Shown here one piece after another: positions 49,486-58,562 of a stretch of DNA of 64,000 nt. The position numbers and the translations under genes were made by a program. The number at the start of each line of letters is the position of its first letter. The first letter of the stretch is position 1. The stretch is from positions 124,001 to 188,000 of IMG/VR virus record IMGVR_UViG_3300037010_003311; one strand, written 5' to 3'. Under the pieces are notes generated by a model, which saw only the letters and a program-made list of their open reading frames with translations, was not told where the DNA came from and did no database searches.

Positions 49486-50596
49486 TTGGCCCTCTATTTT
49501 TTACTTTTAGTGTTTTTAGTAAACCATCGCAGAAGCACCCATTATGAGGGCAACACTTAGGAATAATAGCTTTAATATTTTTGAAAAAATTAAAATTTGT
49601 AGTAAGATCAGCCCGTATATTAAAACAAAATTGTTTTACTTCTCCACGAAAGTTAATTTCATAATTATTATTATAACAATCCCAACCTTTAAAATGTGCA
49701 AATTTTTTAGAATAGATATCATAATCATTTAATAATAGTGGAGTCTCTATATCTGGTTCGGACCAATAGATAATATTTGGTTTATATAAAGCCTCTTGTT
49801 CTAGGTACTGGAATTCATTATAAAATTCTTCTGTATAATTATGTAGTTTATGCATATCACCATCATCATATAAAAAATGTGGATGGATTTCTATCCCATT
49901 GGTTATCAATTCGCGAATTATATTCTTAATAAATGGCCAATATTTTTTATCTGGGTGCAGCATCACATTTACTTTATTTCTATAACCTTTATTTTGCATA
50001 GTTAAAATTTTATCAATGAACTGATTATATTTATCTATATATTCAAAATGAATGCTCCATAAAAAATATATTTTTGGACCACCCCTAGTATCATTAGAAG
50101 TTTGTTTTATAGAATTTTCATAATGATCAATATCTGGTAAAGATTCAAAGAACTCTAAAGGTTGGATGGAATTAGTAGTTATATATAGTCTAGAATCCGG
50201 GTGCCGGTTAATAGCTTTCCAACTTAATTCCATTAATTCCAAAAACCTAGGATGGATGGTTGGTTCACCACCTTGGAAACCTAAAAATATTGGTAGGGTG
50301 CTGCGCTCTAAAGCCGCTATAACTAGCTTTTGCCGGTTCCAAGTATCTTGCTTATTCCATAAACCATCTGGGGAATATTGTTTAATTGCATAACAGTAAG
50401 CGCAATTCAGTTGACACTTAGTACTAACGTCCCAGTGGATATATAACCGGTTAACTTTATGAATATGTTCTACTGATATGGCTTCTGGAGCAGTCGATAC
50501 AATATTTGTATTACCGTGACCCAATAGTTTAAATTCATTTAGTTTGTCTAAGATATCTATTTTTTCCATATTTAAGTAGTTCCATTTCATTTTCAT
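49460..50596 (-). CDS. Radical SAM protein with C-terminal Cys cluster
   Basis: CQLNCAYC, GGEPTIHP, TTNS; GWDC...C...CCPHNGCFC. Confidence 0.92.
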   Translation of the reverse strand: MKMKWNYLNMEKIDILDKLNEFKLLGHGNTNIVSTAPEAISVEHIHKVNRLYIHWDVSTKCQLNCAYCYAIKQYSPDGLWNKQDTWNRQKLVIAALERSTLPIFLGFQGGEPTIHPRFLELMELSWKAINRHPDSRLYITTNSIQPLEFFESLPDIDHYENSIKQTSNDTRGGPKIYFLWSIHFEYIDKYNQFIDKILTMQNKGYRNKVNVMLHPDKKYWPFIKNIIRELITNGIEIHPHFLYDDGDMHKLHNYTEEFYNEFQYLEQEALYKPNIIYWSEPDIETPLLLNDYDIYSKKFAHFKGWDCYNNNYEINFRGEVKQFCFNIRADLTTNFNFFKNIKAIIPKCCPHNGCFCDGLLKTLKVKNRGPNENRVPIN

Positions 50597-51377
50597 AATT
50601 TATTTCTCTAAAGTTTTCTATTTCTAGTAGTGAGAGTTGACTCCAGTCTAAATCCTCTGAATAAGGTTTAAGTAGTCGTAGTTTAAAAATAGATAATGGG
50701 GTCTTTGTTAAATTATCAAAAAATCCATTTTTATTATATATATAATAATAAAAATTCTTAGATTTATATTCGTTTGATCCATTCCAATCATCAATAAAAT
50801 ATAAAATATCATATTGATTGAAAAAATTTATAAGTCGTTGATAATCTTTATTATTTGGATCAAGTATTGAAACTTCTAATATAGTATTTTTAGATTGTTT
50901 TAAATAATCTTGCAAGTCTAAAAATTTTGATTCAGTTTTAAGTTTCAATAATTCTGGATGAATACTTATATTTAAAATTAGTAATATATTAGTATCTTTA
51001 AATATATCTATTACATACTTATAAAAACTTAAAGACCCTGAAAAATTTGTAGGTATTACTAAACGAACAGCTTTGTCGGCAAACATATTCTTTATAAGAT
51101 TAAGATATGGTATAACAGTATCTTTAAATAATGATAACTCTCCACCTTGTATAATTAAAAAGAATTGTTCGATCTCGTTTTTCTTACATTCTAATAAAAA
51201 GAATTTTAGATTATAAGTTAATGTTTTTAAATCAATAAGCTTTTTTTGTGAAGTTTCTGAACCCTGTGAACAGTAACTACAACTGAAGTTACAATAACTA
51301 GTTAATTCTATTGTTAGATTCACACTTTTTAATTTTGGGTTAATTTTTAACCGTTGTATTATTGAGGAATCTTTCAT
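50535..51377 (-). CDS. Radical SAM protein
   Basis: CNFSCSYC, GGE, TNFS, SIHPE. Confidence 0.9.
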   Translation of the reverse strand: MKDSSIIQRLKINPKLKSVNLTIELTSYCNFSCSYCSQGSETSQKKLIDLKTLTYNLKFFLLECKKNEIEQFFLIIQGGELSLFKDTVIPYLNLIKNMFADKAVRLVIPTNFSGSLSFYKYVIDIFKDTNILLILNISIHPELLKLKTESKFLDLQDYLKQSKNTILEVSILDPNNKDYQRLINFFNQYDILYFIDDWNGSNEYKSKNFYYYIYNKNGFFDNLTKTPLSIFKLRLLKPYSEDLDWSQLSLLEIENFREINYENEMELLKYGKNRYLRQTK

Positions 51378-51999
51378 CTTTATTATGCTCCGGAAAACTT
51401 ATATTATCTAAACCATCACATGTTTGGATAAACATTTGTTTTTTTATTAAGGTTATTTTGCCATCCGAGCCATCCACGGATTGTTTAAGTATTTGAAAAA
51501 GTTTCCAATCATTATCTAGGTGATTATTTAATAACTCAGATGGAAAACTAGGTAATAATTCTTTTTTAAAAATAATTTGCGAAAGTTGGAATAAATCATT
51601 TGTAGTTTCTATTTTAAAATTATTTCTATAAGTTAGTTGTAGTAACCGATCTTCTAATTTAGCCGGTTTGTAATTCATATAAATTAATGAAGAATCTAAA
51701 ACTAAATGTTCAACAAAAGATGATGATAAATAATCATCGTCTTCTAAAAAGTAAATGTATTCACCACTAGCTAAATCAAATAAATGTTTATATAAATAAC
51801 CTAAATTATTATTACTATAATATGAATATCTAATCGGGTAAGAATCGGAGTATATTTCCTGAATATCTTTACTATCGTTATTAACGAGAACTTCTATATT
51901 AAATGAAAATTTAAACTGTAAAATACTATTAATACACCGTTCAAATAACTTTGGTCGGTTATGAGTTAAAATCAATATGCTCAATTTGGGGATAGACAT
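51340..51999 (-). CDS. GT2 (GT-A) glycosyltransferase
   Basis: ILILTHNRP, VNND, GEYIYFLEDDD. Confidence 0.9.
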   Translation of the reverse strand: MSIPKLSILILTHNRPKLFERCINSILQFKFSFNIEVLVNNDSKDIQEIYSDSYPIRYSYYSNNNLGYLYKHLFDLASGEYIYFLEDDDYLSSSFVEHLVLDSSLIYMNYKPAKLEDRLLQLTYRNNFKIETTNDLFQLSQIIFKKELLPSFPSELLNNHLDNDWKLFQILKQSVDGSDGKITLIKKQMFIQTCDGLDNISFPEHNKDERFLNNTTVKN

Positions 52000-53014
52000 C
52001 TTGCTTTCCTTTTAATTGTTTTTCTATACCATCACATTCTTTAAACCATTTACATTTCATACACTCTTTTGGCTTATAATAAGTGTATTCTCTAGATCGT
52101 TTTGCTGCATTCCATCCTAATTCTAAAGACTCGGACCAAGTATATTGTTTATTATTATCAAATTTATAATCTCCATTATAAACTTCTTTATTCCAATCAG
52201 TTGTATCAAATACGTGCTGAAACTGACCATAAACTAAATCTGTAAATTCCCCAGCAAAGCAAAAGGGCAAATACCGAATACGAATATCAAATTCTGGATA
52301 ACTAACTTTAAGCTGGCGTATAGTATTCAAAACTGGAACACTAAGCTCTTCGTATTTAATTATGTTGGATTTTGCATTATCATCCCAATAATTATGAAAT
52401 ATGAAATTTACTTGTTTTAATCCAAACTTGATAAAATGGTATATTACTTGTAAAAAACTATTATCTATACAATTACGGTTACTAGTTGTAATAGTGCAGT
52501 TAATACGGGTTATAATACCATTAGATAATGAATTGGTAATAGCTTTAACTAAGTTTTTATAAGCTCCTGGTTTACCAACTATTTCATCATGATAATGATC
52601 GGTACCATGCATACTGAATAAAATCTCTTTTAATCCATAATCTTTAGACTTAAGAAGGAAATCAAGATCTTTAAATTTTTGACCATGACTAAGAGTACTA
52701 ACATGATCAAATCCTTCGTTACAATATTTTAAAATCCTAAACCAGTCTGGGTGAATACTACTTTCTCCACCACTAAGTTCGATTTCTTTAATAAGGCTAT
52801 AACTGCTAATATAATCAATACGGTCTTTAATAATTTTAAAATTATCCATCTTATCTAAACGATCTTTATAATAACAGAATGTACAATTCAGATTACAAAG
52901 AGTTCCGGTATCCAATTTTGCTCGCTTACAAAGAGGGTTAGTTTGTTCGGACCATAATGGATTAATTTCTGGCGTAGCAATTAAATTATAATTCATTTTA
53001 TCCCTTTTTTCCAT
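51959..53014 (-). CDS. Radical SAM protein, HxsC-like C-terminus
   Basis: CNLNCTFC, SGGE, YLPFC, K.KECMKCKWFKECDG. Confidence 0.9.
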   Translation of the reverse strand: MEKRDKMNYNLIATPEINPLWSEQTNPLCKRAKLDTGTLCNLNCTFCYYKDRLDKMDNFKIIKDRIDYISSYSLIKEIELSGGESSIHPDWFRILKYCNEGFDHVSTLSHGQKFKDLDFLLKSKDYGLKEILFSMHGTDHYHDEIVGKPGAYKNLVKAITNSLSNGIITRINCTITTSNRNCIDNSFLQVIYHFIKFGLKQVNFIFHNYWDDNAKSNIIKYEELSVPVLNTIRQLKVSYPEFDIRIRYLPFCFAGEFTDLVYGQFQHVFDTTDWNKEVYNGDYKFDNNKQYTWSESLELGWNAAKRSREYTYYKPKECMKCKWFKECDGIEKQLKGKQDVYPQIEHIDFNS

Positions 53015-53079
53015 TAATAATACCTTTGTGTAGATAATTGATTTTTCTCTTAAAGATAGTAGTTACTCTACACAATTCG

Positions 53080-54066
53080 TTATTTTTTACCAAGAATTTG
53101 TCTTATCGTTTCGATAATTATATCCGAATCATCCAAATATAAGCTATCGAAATTATTTTCTATATCCCATTTTCTAACCATCAGACCAGTGTCGATTTTT
53201 AAATAATCTTCGTCAATATCATTATCGTAAATTACTGGAATACCAAAATATTTACATTCCGCAATCATACGAGGACTACAATCCCATTTACGATCTATTG
53301 GTGTATAGATATATGCTGACATAATTTCAAAAATATTATGGATTGGTACTACTCTATAGCAAACTTGTTTATCAATAATAGGATTATCAAGTAAAGGGCT
53401 CTCTTTATTAATAAGAATAAGTAAGCGTTCGTGGTTATTCAAATTAGATAAATGTTTTTTAATAGTACAATTATCGATCAGTTTACAATTACTCGTAGCA
53501 TATAATATTACATTCTTTGGTAATTGACTTTCCATATGATTAAAGCTATCAGTTTTTAATATTGGATTTAAAGCATTAAAGTTTAATTTTTTAACATAAT
53601 TAAGTTTCTTTGCATTGAGTGGTAATTTATAATTTAATCGTTCATCCACCATAAATAATATTTTATCAATTAAGTTATTATACAACTGGAACTTGGAGTA
53701 ATCTCTAGTCCCACATGGAAATAAAATCAAACCTTTTACATTATATATATTTACCTCATTAAGTAAACCATCGGTAAAAATTAGAATGGAGTTAGGACAA
53801 TTATAAATTCTTGGCCTACTAAATTTAATTTTTAAATCTTTTACTAAATTTGGATCATACTTAGATAATGCTATTTCCATTTCTTCTTTACTAATATCCT
53901 CACCAAAAACTATTTCAACTTTATAATATTTATTTAGTAAGATATAATATTCGATTACTTCAAAAAAATGGCCACAAATTCCATGTTTATTATCATGACT
54001 ACTATAAGTAAGTATTACTTCTGCATCCGAAGTAAAAGCCAATTGCTTTTTAATTTTATTTTCCAT
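53080..54066 (-). CDS. Putative GT-B glycosyltransferase-like protein
   Basis: DCSPRMIAECKYFGIPVI resembles the GT-B E-x7-E-A...G.PV motif; paralog of 57074-57916. Confidence 0.5.
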   Translation of the reverse strand: MENKIKKQLAFTSDAEVILTYSSHDNKHGICGHFFEVIEYYILLNKYYKVEIVFGEDISKEEMEIALSKYDPNLVKDLKIKFSRPRIYNCPNSILIFTDGLLNEVNIYNVKGLILFPCGTRDYSKFQLYNNLIDKILFMVDERLNYKLPLNAKKLNYVKKLNFNALNPILKTDSFNHMESQLPKNVILYATSNCKLIDNCTIKKHLSNLNNHERLLILINKESPLLDNPIIDKQVCYRVVPIHNIFEIMSAYIYTPIDRKWDCSPRMIAECKYFGIPVIYDNDIDEDYLKIDTGLMVRKWDIENNFDSLYLDDSDIIIETIRQILGKK

Positions 54067-54874
54067 TATTATTCCAGTTTTGTTTACATATATTAAAGTT
54101 TTTTAAACTATTAATTGTTGGCTGAAATTGATTAGAACTAAATGAGGTACATGTTTTGCATATATCTGGAGTGATACCATCTTTAAAATCTTTAAATAAT
54201 TTATATCGTTTACCATCTAAATAAAGATCTTTAAAATTGGTTTTATAAATATTTCCAAGTATAGCATCTTTAGTGAGATCGGTTGGTTCTCCGGAACAAG
54301 TGCAATAATTGAAATCACCATTTGATAAAATTCGTGGTACCCATAGATTTGAACACACTCCAGTTATTTTTGGAACATTTATTCGGGATTGAGTTTCACA
54401 ATCATAATCATAAAATCTGTTCCGATTACTTAATTCGATATTGATACCATATTGTTTTGCAAGTTGAATATTTTCTTCAATCTTATAAAAAAATTTATCC
54501 TTAGCTCTTGTCTGGTATTTAAATTCTTCTATCCCATCGCATCCATAATGAGAAACATGAATTTTTAATTTTTTTAAATTAATACCATTCGTAGTTAACT
54601 TATCGAAATTTATTTTAGAAAAATTTGTATGAAATTCAATTGTTTTAAGATTTGAATTGGTGAATAATTTTAGAATTTCATATATATCTGGGTGCAAAAA
54701 TATTTCACCTCGACTTGGAGTTAATTTTAAATATGTTATTTTTAGTTCATTGATATCTTTAATTAAAGTTTTGATTGTGTCGAGGTTAATTATTTCTAAT
54801 GGTTCTTTTGTATTACCCGCCCCACAAAAATAGCACTTAAAATTACACTGATTAATGATCTCAATTGCCAACAT
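54056..54874 (-). CDS. Radical SAM protein with SPASM/twitch-like domain
   Basis: CNFKCYFC; CSNLW...NGDFNYC...LGNI...CKTC. Confidence 0.92.
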   Translation of the reverse strand: MLAIEIINQCNFKCYFCGAGNTKEPLEIINLDTIKTLIKDINELKITYLKLTPSRGEIFLHPDIYEILKLFTNSNLKTIEFHTNFSKINFDKLTTNGINLKKLKIHVSHYGCDGIEEFKYQTRAKDKFFYKIEENIQLAKQYGINIELSNRNRFYDYDCETQSRINVPKITGVCSNLWVPRILSNGDFNYCTCSGEPTDLTKDAILGNIYKTNFKDLYLDGKRYKLFKDFKDGITPDICKTCTSFSSNQFQPTINSLKNFNICKQNWNNNGK

Positions 54875-55226
54875 CTATAAGACCTTTTCGATTATCAGAA
54901 GCTATGGTTTTACACACTCGATAATCAAGTCGTTTAATCTTTCTGTAAACGTTAGGGTAATCCATTTTCAGATTATCTAAATAAATTTTAAAACAATCAA
55001 GTTCGAATTCAATCTCGGAAAAGTATTCAGTGGTTTGATTAAAAAAGAGTTTCGTGGCTGGATCAGCAACCGTTTCAATACCTACCTCAAAGTTTTTACT
55101 TCGGCCACATAACATGTAGTTATATGTGGCTAGTTGTGGTATAGTATTAGCTATATTAACAGACCGTAGATTATTGGAATTTAACTGAGATGATTCTTTA
55201 TCACATTCGTATTTTGGATCTGGCAT
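54861..55226 (-). CDS. Hypothetical protein
   Basis: 121 aa; AAGGA RBS; overlaps the next gene. Confidence 0.65.
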   Translation of the reverse strand: MPDPKYECDKESSQLNSNNLRSVNIANTIPQLATYNYMLCGRSKNFEVGIETVADPATKLFFNQTTEYFSEIEFELDCFKIYLDNLKMDYPNVYRKIKRLDYRVCKTIASDNRKGLIDVGN

Positions 55227-55239
55227 TAATCTAATCCTT

Positions 55240-56766
55240 TTAACTTTTTAATATATATATTTGTCTACCACGAGTAATAGCAACATATATTAATCGTAGC
55301 ACTGTATCTAAATCTTTACGTAAGAATGCAATAAGTTCATCACCATTAATGAAAACGTGGTCATACGTGCTCCCTTGTAGCTTATGGAAAGTATTAGCAA
55401 ATACTGGTCTAACGAAAGCGTATTTCTTTTTGAAATCATAGAACTTTGCCCAAGCATCCCGTCTTTTGCTACCAACTTCTTTAGATGCTATATCAGCAAG
55501 TTGTTTTAGTTTCTCTTGGTACTTCTTAACATATTTTGAATCTAGAATATTAAATGTTAAACCATCTTCGTCGGTACAGTACCAATACTCATACTGTTTA
55601 TCGAATGTTTGCTTATGTTTAATTTCAGCTATAGTAACTATATCTCCATTATTGTATTGGATACCACCATTTTTATCATATGGTTTTAAAAAGATAATTT
55701 TTTCACCAGGGATATATTCTGGAATAATACCATCTGGATAATCATTAATGTTATTCATATATCTAATATAAGTATTATACTCTTGTACTAGTCTATTAGT
55801 ATAGCATCCAATAATTTTATCTTCGGTCTCTATTTCAAAGTACCTTTTCATAAACTGTCCAGCATCGGAAAAGCATTCTATATCTGGTTTAGGAGTAGTC
55901 ATGAATTCCATCAATTTAGATATGTTGTATTGCTCATTATCATTGATGCATTCAATAAGCCATAAAGCAAAATGGGTAATACTCGAATCTTCTTTTTGTC
56001 GTACAACTTGCTTAAGTTCATATCTATTTACTAATGGGTTTCGTTTATTAAAAATAAAATTCATTTGGCCATTTACTGGCTTAATTTGATAACTGTCCCC
56101 AATAAAGATAATCTGTTTCCTGACACGGTTAGAAAGCAGTTCAAATAGCATCATAGCCATATCATGATTAATCATACTAGACTCATCCACAATTAGATAA
56201 TCGCAATAAATAATGTCTGCTCTAAGGTCTACTTCATTATTTACAAATATTTCGTTACCATCGTCGTCTATAGCGTGTTTTAAACCAAGAAACGAATGTA
56301 ACGTTTTAAAATATAAGCGTCTACTCATTTCGAGGTCAAAATCGTCCATTTCAAGCTGACGTTGAATCATATTCTTAATGACTTTTAAAGCCTGGTGTGT
56401 TGGAGTGATAATTGCTATAGTTGGATAACTTTCGCTTTCATAAAGTCGTTCGACCACATTACTAGTAATTGTACTTTTACCGGTCCCGGCAAAACCTTCA
56501 ATACTAATAACTTGTTCGGTTTTATCTTTATTTTCTAAAATATTAGTAGTGACGTATTCTTGGATCTCATTTAGATCAATTTCTAATTTTTTAGGTTTAA
56601 CTTTCTTTGGTTTTGGGGCTATATCCCACCCACCCAAATAAAACTCTTCTTCTACTATAGGGACCGTAGGCATTTGTGGTGGATTTGGTGCAGTCGTTAC
56701 TTCAACTGCTTCTTGTGCCCCAATTACTTCACCCTCTAACTCGGTATCTAATATTATTGATTTCAT
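55240..56766 (-). CDS. dda: Dda/RecD-like SF1B DNA helicase
   Basis: GFAGTGKST, TPTH, IVDESSM, IGDSYQIKPV, RQ, TFHKLQGSTYD, YVAITR; likely start 56766 (GAGGAG RBS). Confidence 0.9.
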   Translation of the reverse strand: MKSIILDTELEGEVIGAQEAVEVTTAPNPPQMPTVPIVEEEFYLGGWDIAPKPKKVKPKKLEIDLNEIQEYVTTNILENKDKTEQVISIEGFAGTGKSTITSNVVERLYESESYPTIAIITPTHQALKVIKNMIQRQLEMDDFDLEMSRRLYFKTLHSFLGLKHAIDDDGNEIFVNNEVDLRADIIYCDYLIVDESSMINHDMAMMLFELLSNRVRKQIIFIGDSYQIKPVNGQMNFIFNKRNPLVNRYELKQVVRQKEDSSITHFALWLIECINDNEQYNISKLMEFMTTPKPDIECFSDAGQFMKRYFEIETEDKIIGCYTNRLVQEYNTYIRYMNNINDYPDGIIPEYIPGEKIIFLKPYDKNGGIQYNNGDIVTIAEIKHKQTFDKQYEYWYCTDEDGLTFNILDSKYVKKYQEKLKQLADIASKEVGSKRRDAWAKFYDFKKKYAFVRPVFANTFHKLQGSTYDHVFINGDELIAFLRKDLDTVLRLIYVAITRGRQIYILKS

Positions 56767-56814
56767 TTTTACTCCTCTATTTTCTTTAACCTTTATTTTT
56801 AACGCGTGAGAAAT

Positions 56815-56838
56815 ATAGCGGTGGTTTCCCACCGCTAT
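56815..56838. terminator. GC-rich hairpin upstream of helicase
   Basis: ATAGCGGTGG-tttc-CCACCGCTAT (GAAA loop on the minus strand). Confidence 0.45.
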
Positions 56839-57073
56839 TTTAAACCTTTTGATTTTGCCAGAATATAATCATCGATTATGGTTGATTGATTATATATACC
56901 ATTTGTATTTCTAGAAGCATTTGAACCACGCTCCATCATAAAGACCGAGACCATTCTCACTTTTGATAAAATATATTTTAACATTGTTGGTGAATCCTTT
57001 TCTTTTAAGAATTACAAGTTGCTTATATATTTCTATTATTACTATTTAATAGTTTTAGACCGATGCATGATTG

Positions 57074-57916
57074 TTAATCATTTAAAAAATCTTTTATAAG
57101 AATATCATTTTCCGTTAGCCAATATTCATTTAAATCGTTGGATGTGTACCTATCATAAATACTATCATTTTTATATTCATCTTTCACAAATATAACGTTC
57201 AAATTTTTTTTATAGAATTTAGCTTCCGGGATCAATCTATTATTAGTATCTAGCGCACCATTATGAACATAAAGAATATTATTAACCGTATCATATATAT
57301 TTAAATTTTGAGTATGTGTCTTAAAAATATAATCGGGTGGTAAAAATGCTCGTATATCGTTAACGGTTGATGACAAGCTAGAAACATAGGTTTTATTATT
57401 TTTTATATCGGATTGTAGTTCTTTAAATATATCGAATTTTAATTTAAGACGAGTTCGTTTAAAAAATTTCTGATAATCATAATAACCATATATAGTAGTG
57501 ATTGGATAGGGAATACCCAATTTCATATCTTTAGTATTATTACAATAAAGATATTTAATACCATTTGGGTTGAGCCAATAAATTTCATTATAGCTTTTTA
57601 CATCAAGAAATAATACTTTATCCAATTTCAAAGAATAACAATCAAGTCTAGAAATAAATTTAATATTATCTAGCACTTGTTCTATGATTTCCGGTTTATA
57701 TTTATTATTATAAAGTGTAAGAACTTTTTCTTTGATTTTAGTATCATTTGGATCGCAAACTATATAAAAATTTATCGTCGCATCATTATTTTTGCCAATA
57801 ATTTGGAATAATTGGTAAAAATATTCAAATGTATAAAGTAAGGTGCCATTAATTTGATTATATTTTTGCCAATAATAAACCACTCCATATTTTATCTTTG
57901 AATCAGATACTAACAT
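57074..57916 (-). CDS. Putative GT-B glycosyltransferase-like protein (paralog of 53080-54066)
   Basis: INGTLLYTFEY ~ ICGHFFEVIEY; DTNNRLIPEAKFY ~ DCSPRMIAECKYF; likely start 57916. Confidence 0.5.
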   Translation of the reverse strand: MLVSDSKIKYGVVYYWQKYNQINGTLLYTFEYFYQLFQIIGKNNDATINFYIVCDPNDTKIKEKVLTLYNNKYKPEIIEQVLDNIKFISRLDCYSLKLDKVLFLDVKSYNEIYWLNPNGIKYLYCNNTKDMKLGIPYPITTIYGYYDYQKFFKRTRLKLKFDIFKELQSDIKNNKTYVSSLSSTVNDIRAFLPPDYIFKTHTQNLNIYDTVNNILYVHNGALDTNNRLIPEAKFYKKNLNVIFVKDEYKNDSIYDRYTSNDLNEYWLTENDILIKDFLND

Positions 57917-58562
57917 AACCAGCTTTTGATATCCAATCTTTTTTAAATCTATTATAAATCTCAGTTGATTCTTCCAATGTATCAGCGTCACGAATCTCAT
58001 TTTTTAGTTTACAATAATTATCGTATGCGGCAAACGCTCTAGATATTTCATCCTTATTCATTAGATACTTTTCTAGAAGATCAATAAGTTCATCATTTTC
58101 TTTTTCTAATATTTCAATATACTTTTCTTCTTTATTTGCATCAGTAATAAAATAACCTTGTTCCATAAGACTATTATTTAGTACTATAAATTCATAATAG
58201 GTAAGATTTGCAACTGTATTAATTTTTTGATCAAAGAATCTTTCTGCTTCAAGTAATATGTTTTGCTTCGCTTGTTCAAGCAATACATCAACGTGTATCT
58301 CTGGTAAAGAATCTTTTACAACTATATCATATGGCTCGAGTTTTGTTAAACCTCTAAATTCGGTTATCAATACCGCTTTATCAAGTTTTAGGTATTTGTC
58401 TACTTTTGTAGCACTTGCTTTAGTTAATGGTGCAATCCTATACCCAATATCATAATCCTTAAGTTTACTACTAGTTTGATCAATGATTTCGATTATTTGA
58501 TATAGGCCAATCTGTATTTTTTTACATAATGCAAATTTTGCTGCATTTTGATTTTTTTCCAT
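57903..58562 (-). CDS. Hypothetical protein in radical SAM operon
   Basis: Likely start ATG 58562 (AAGGA RBS); helical, acidic C-terminal half. Confidence 0.7.
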   Translation of the reverse strand: MEKNQNAAKFALCKKIQIGLYQIIEIIDQTSSKLKDYDIGYRIAPLTKASATKVDKYLKLDKAVLITEFRGLTKLEPYDIVVKDSLPEIHVDVLLEQAKQNILLEAERFFDQKINTVANLTYYEFIVLNNSLMEQGYFITDANKEEKYIEILEKENDELIDLLEKYLMNKDEISRAFAAYDNYCKLKNEIRDADTLEESTEIYNRFKKDWISKAGYVSI

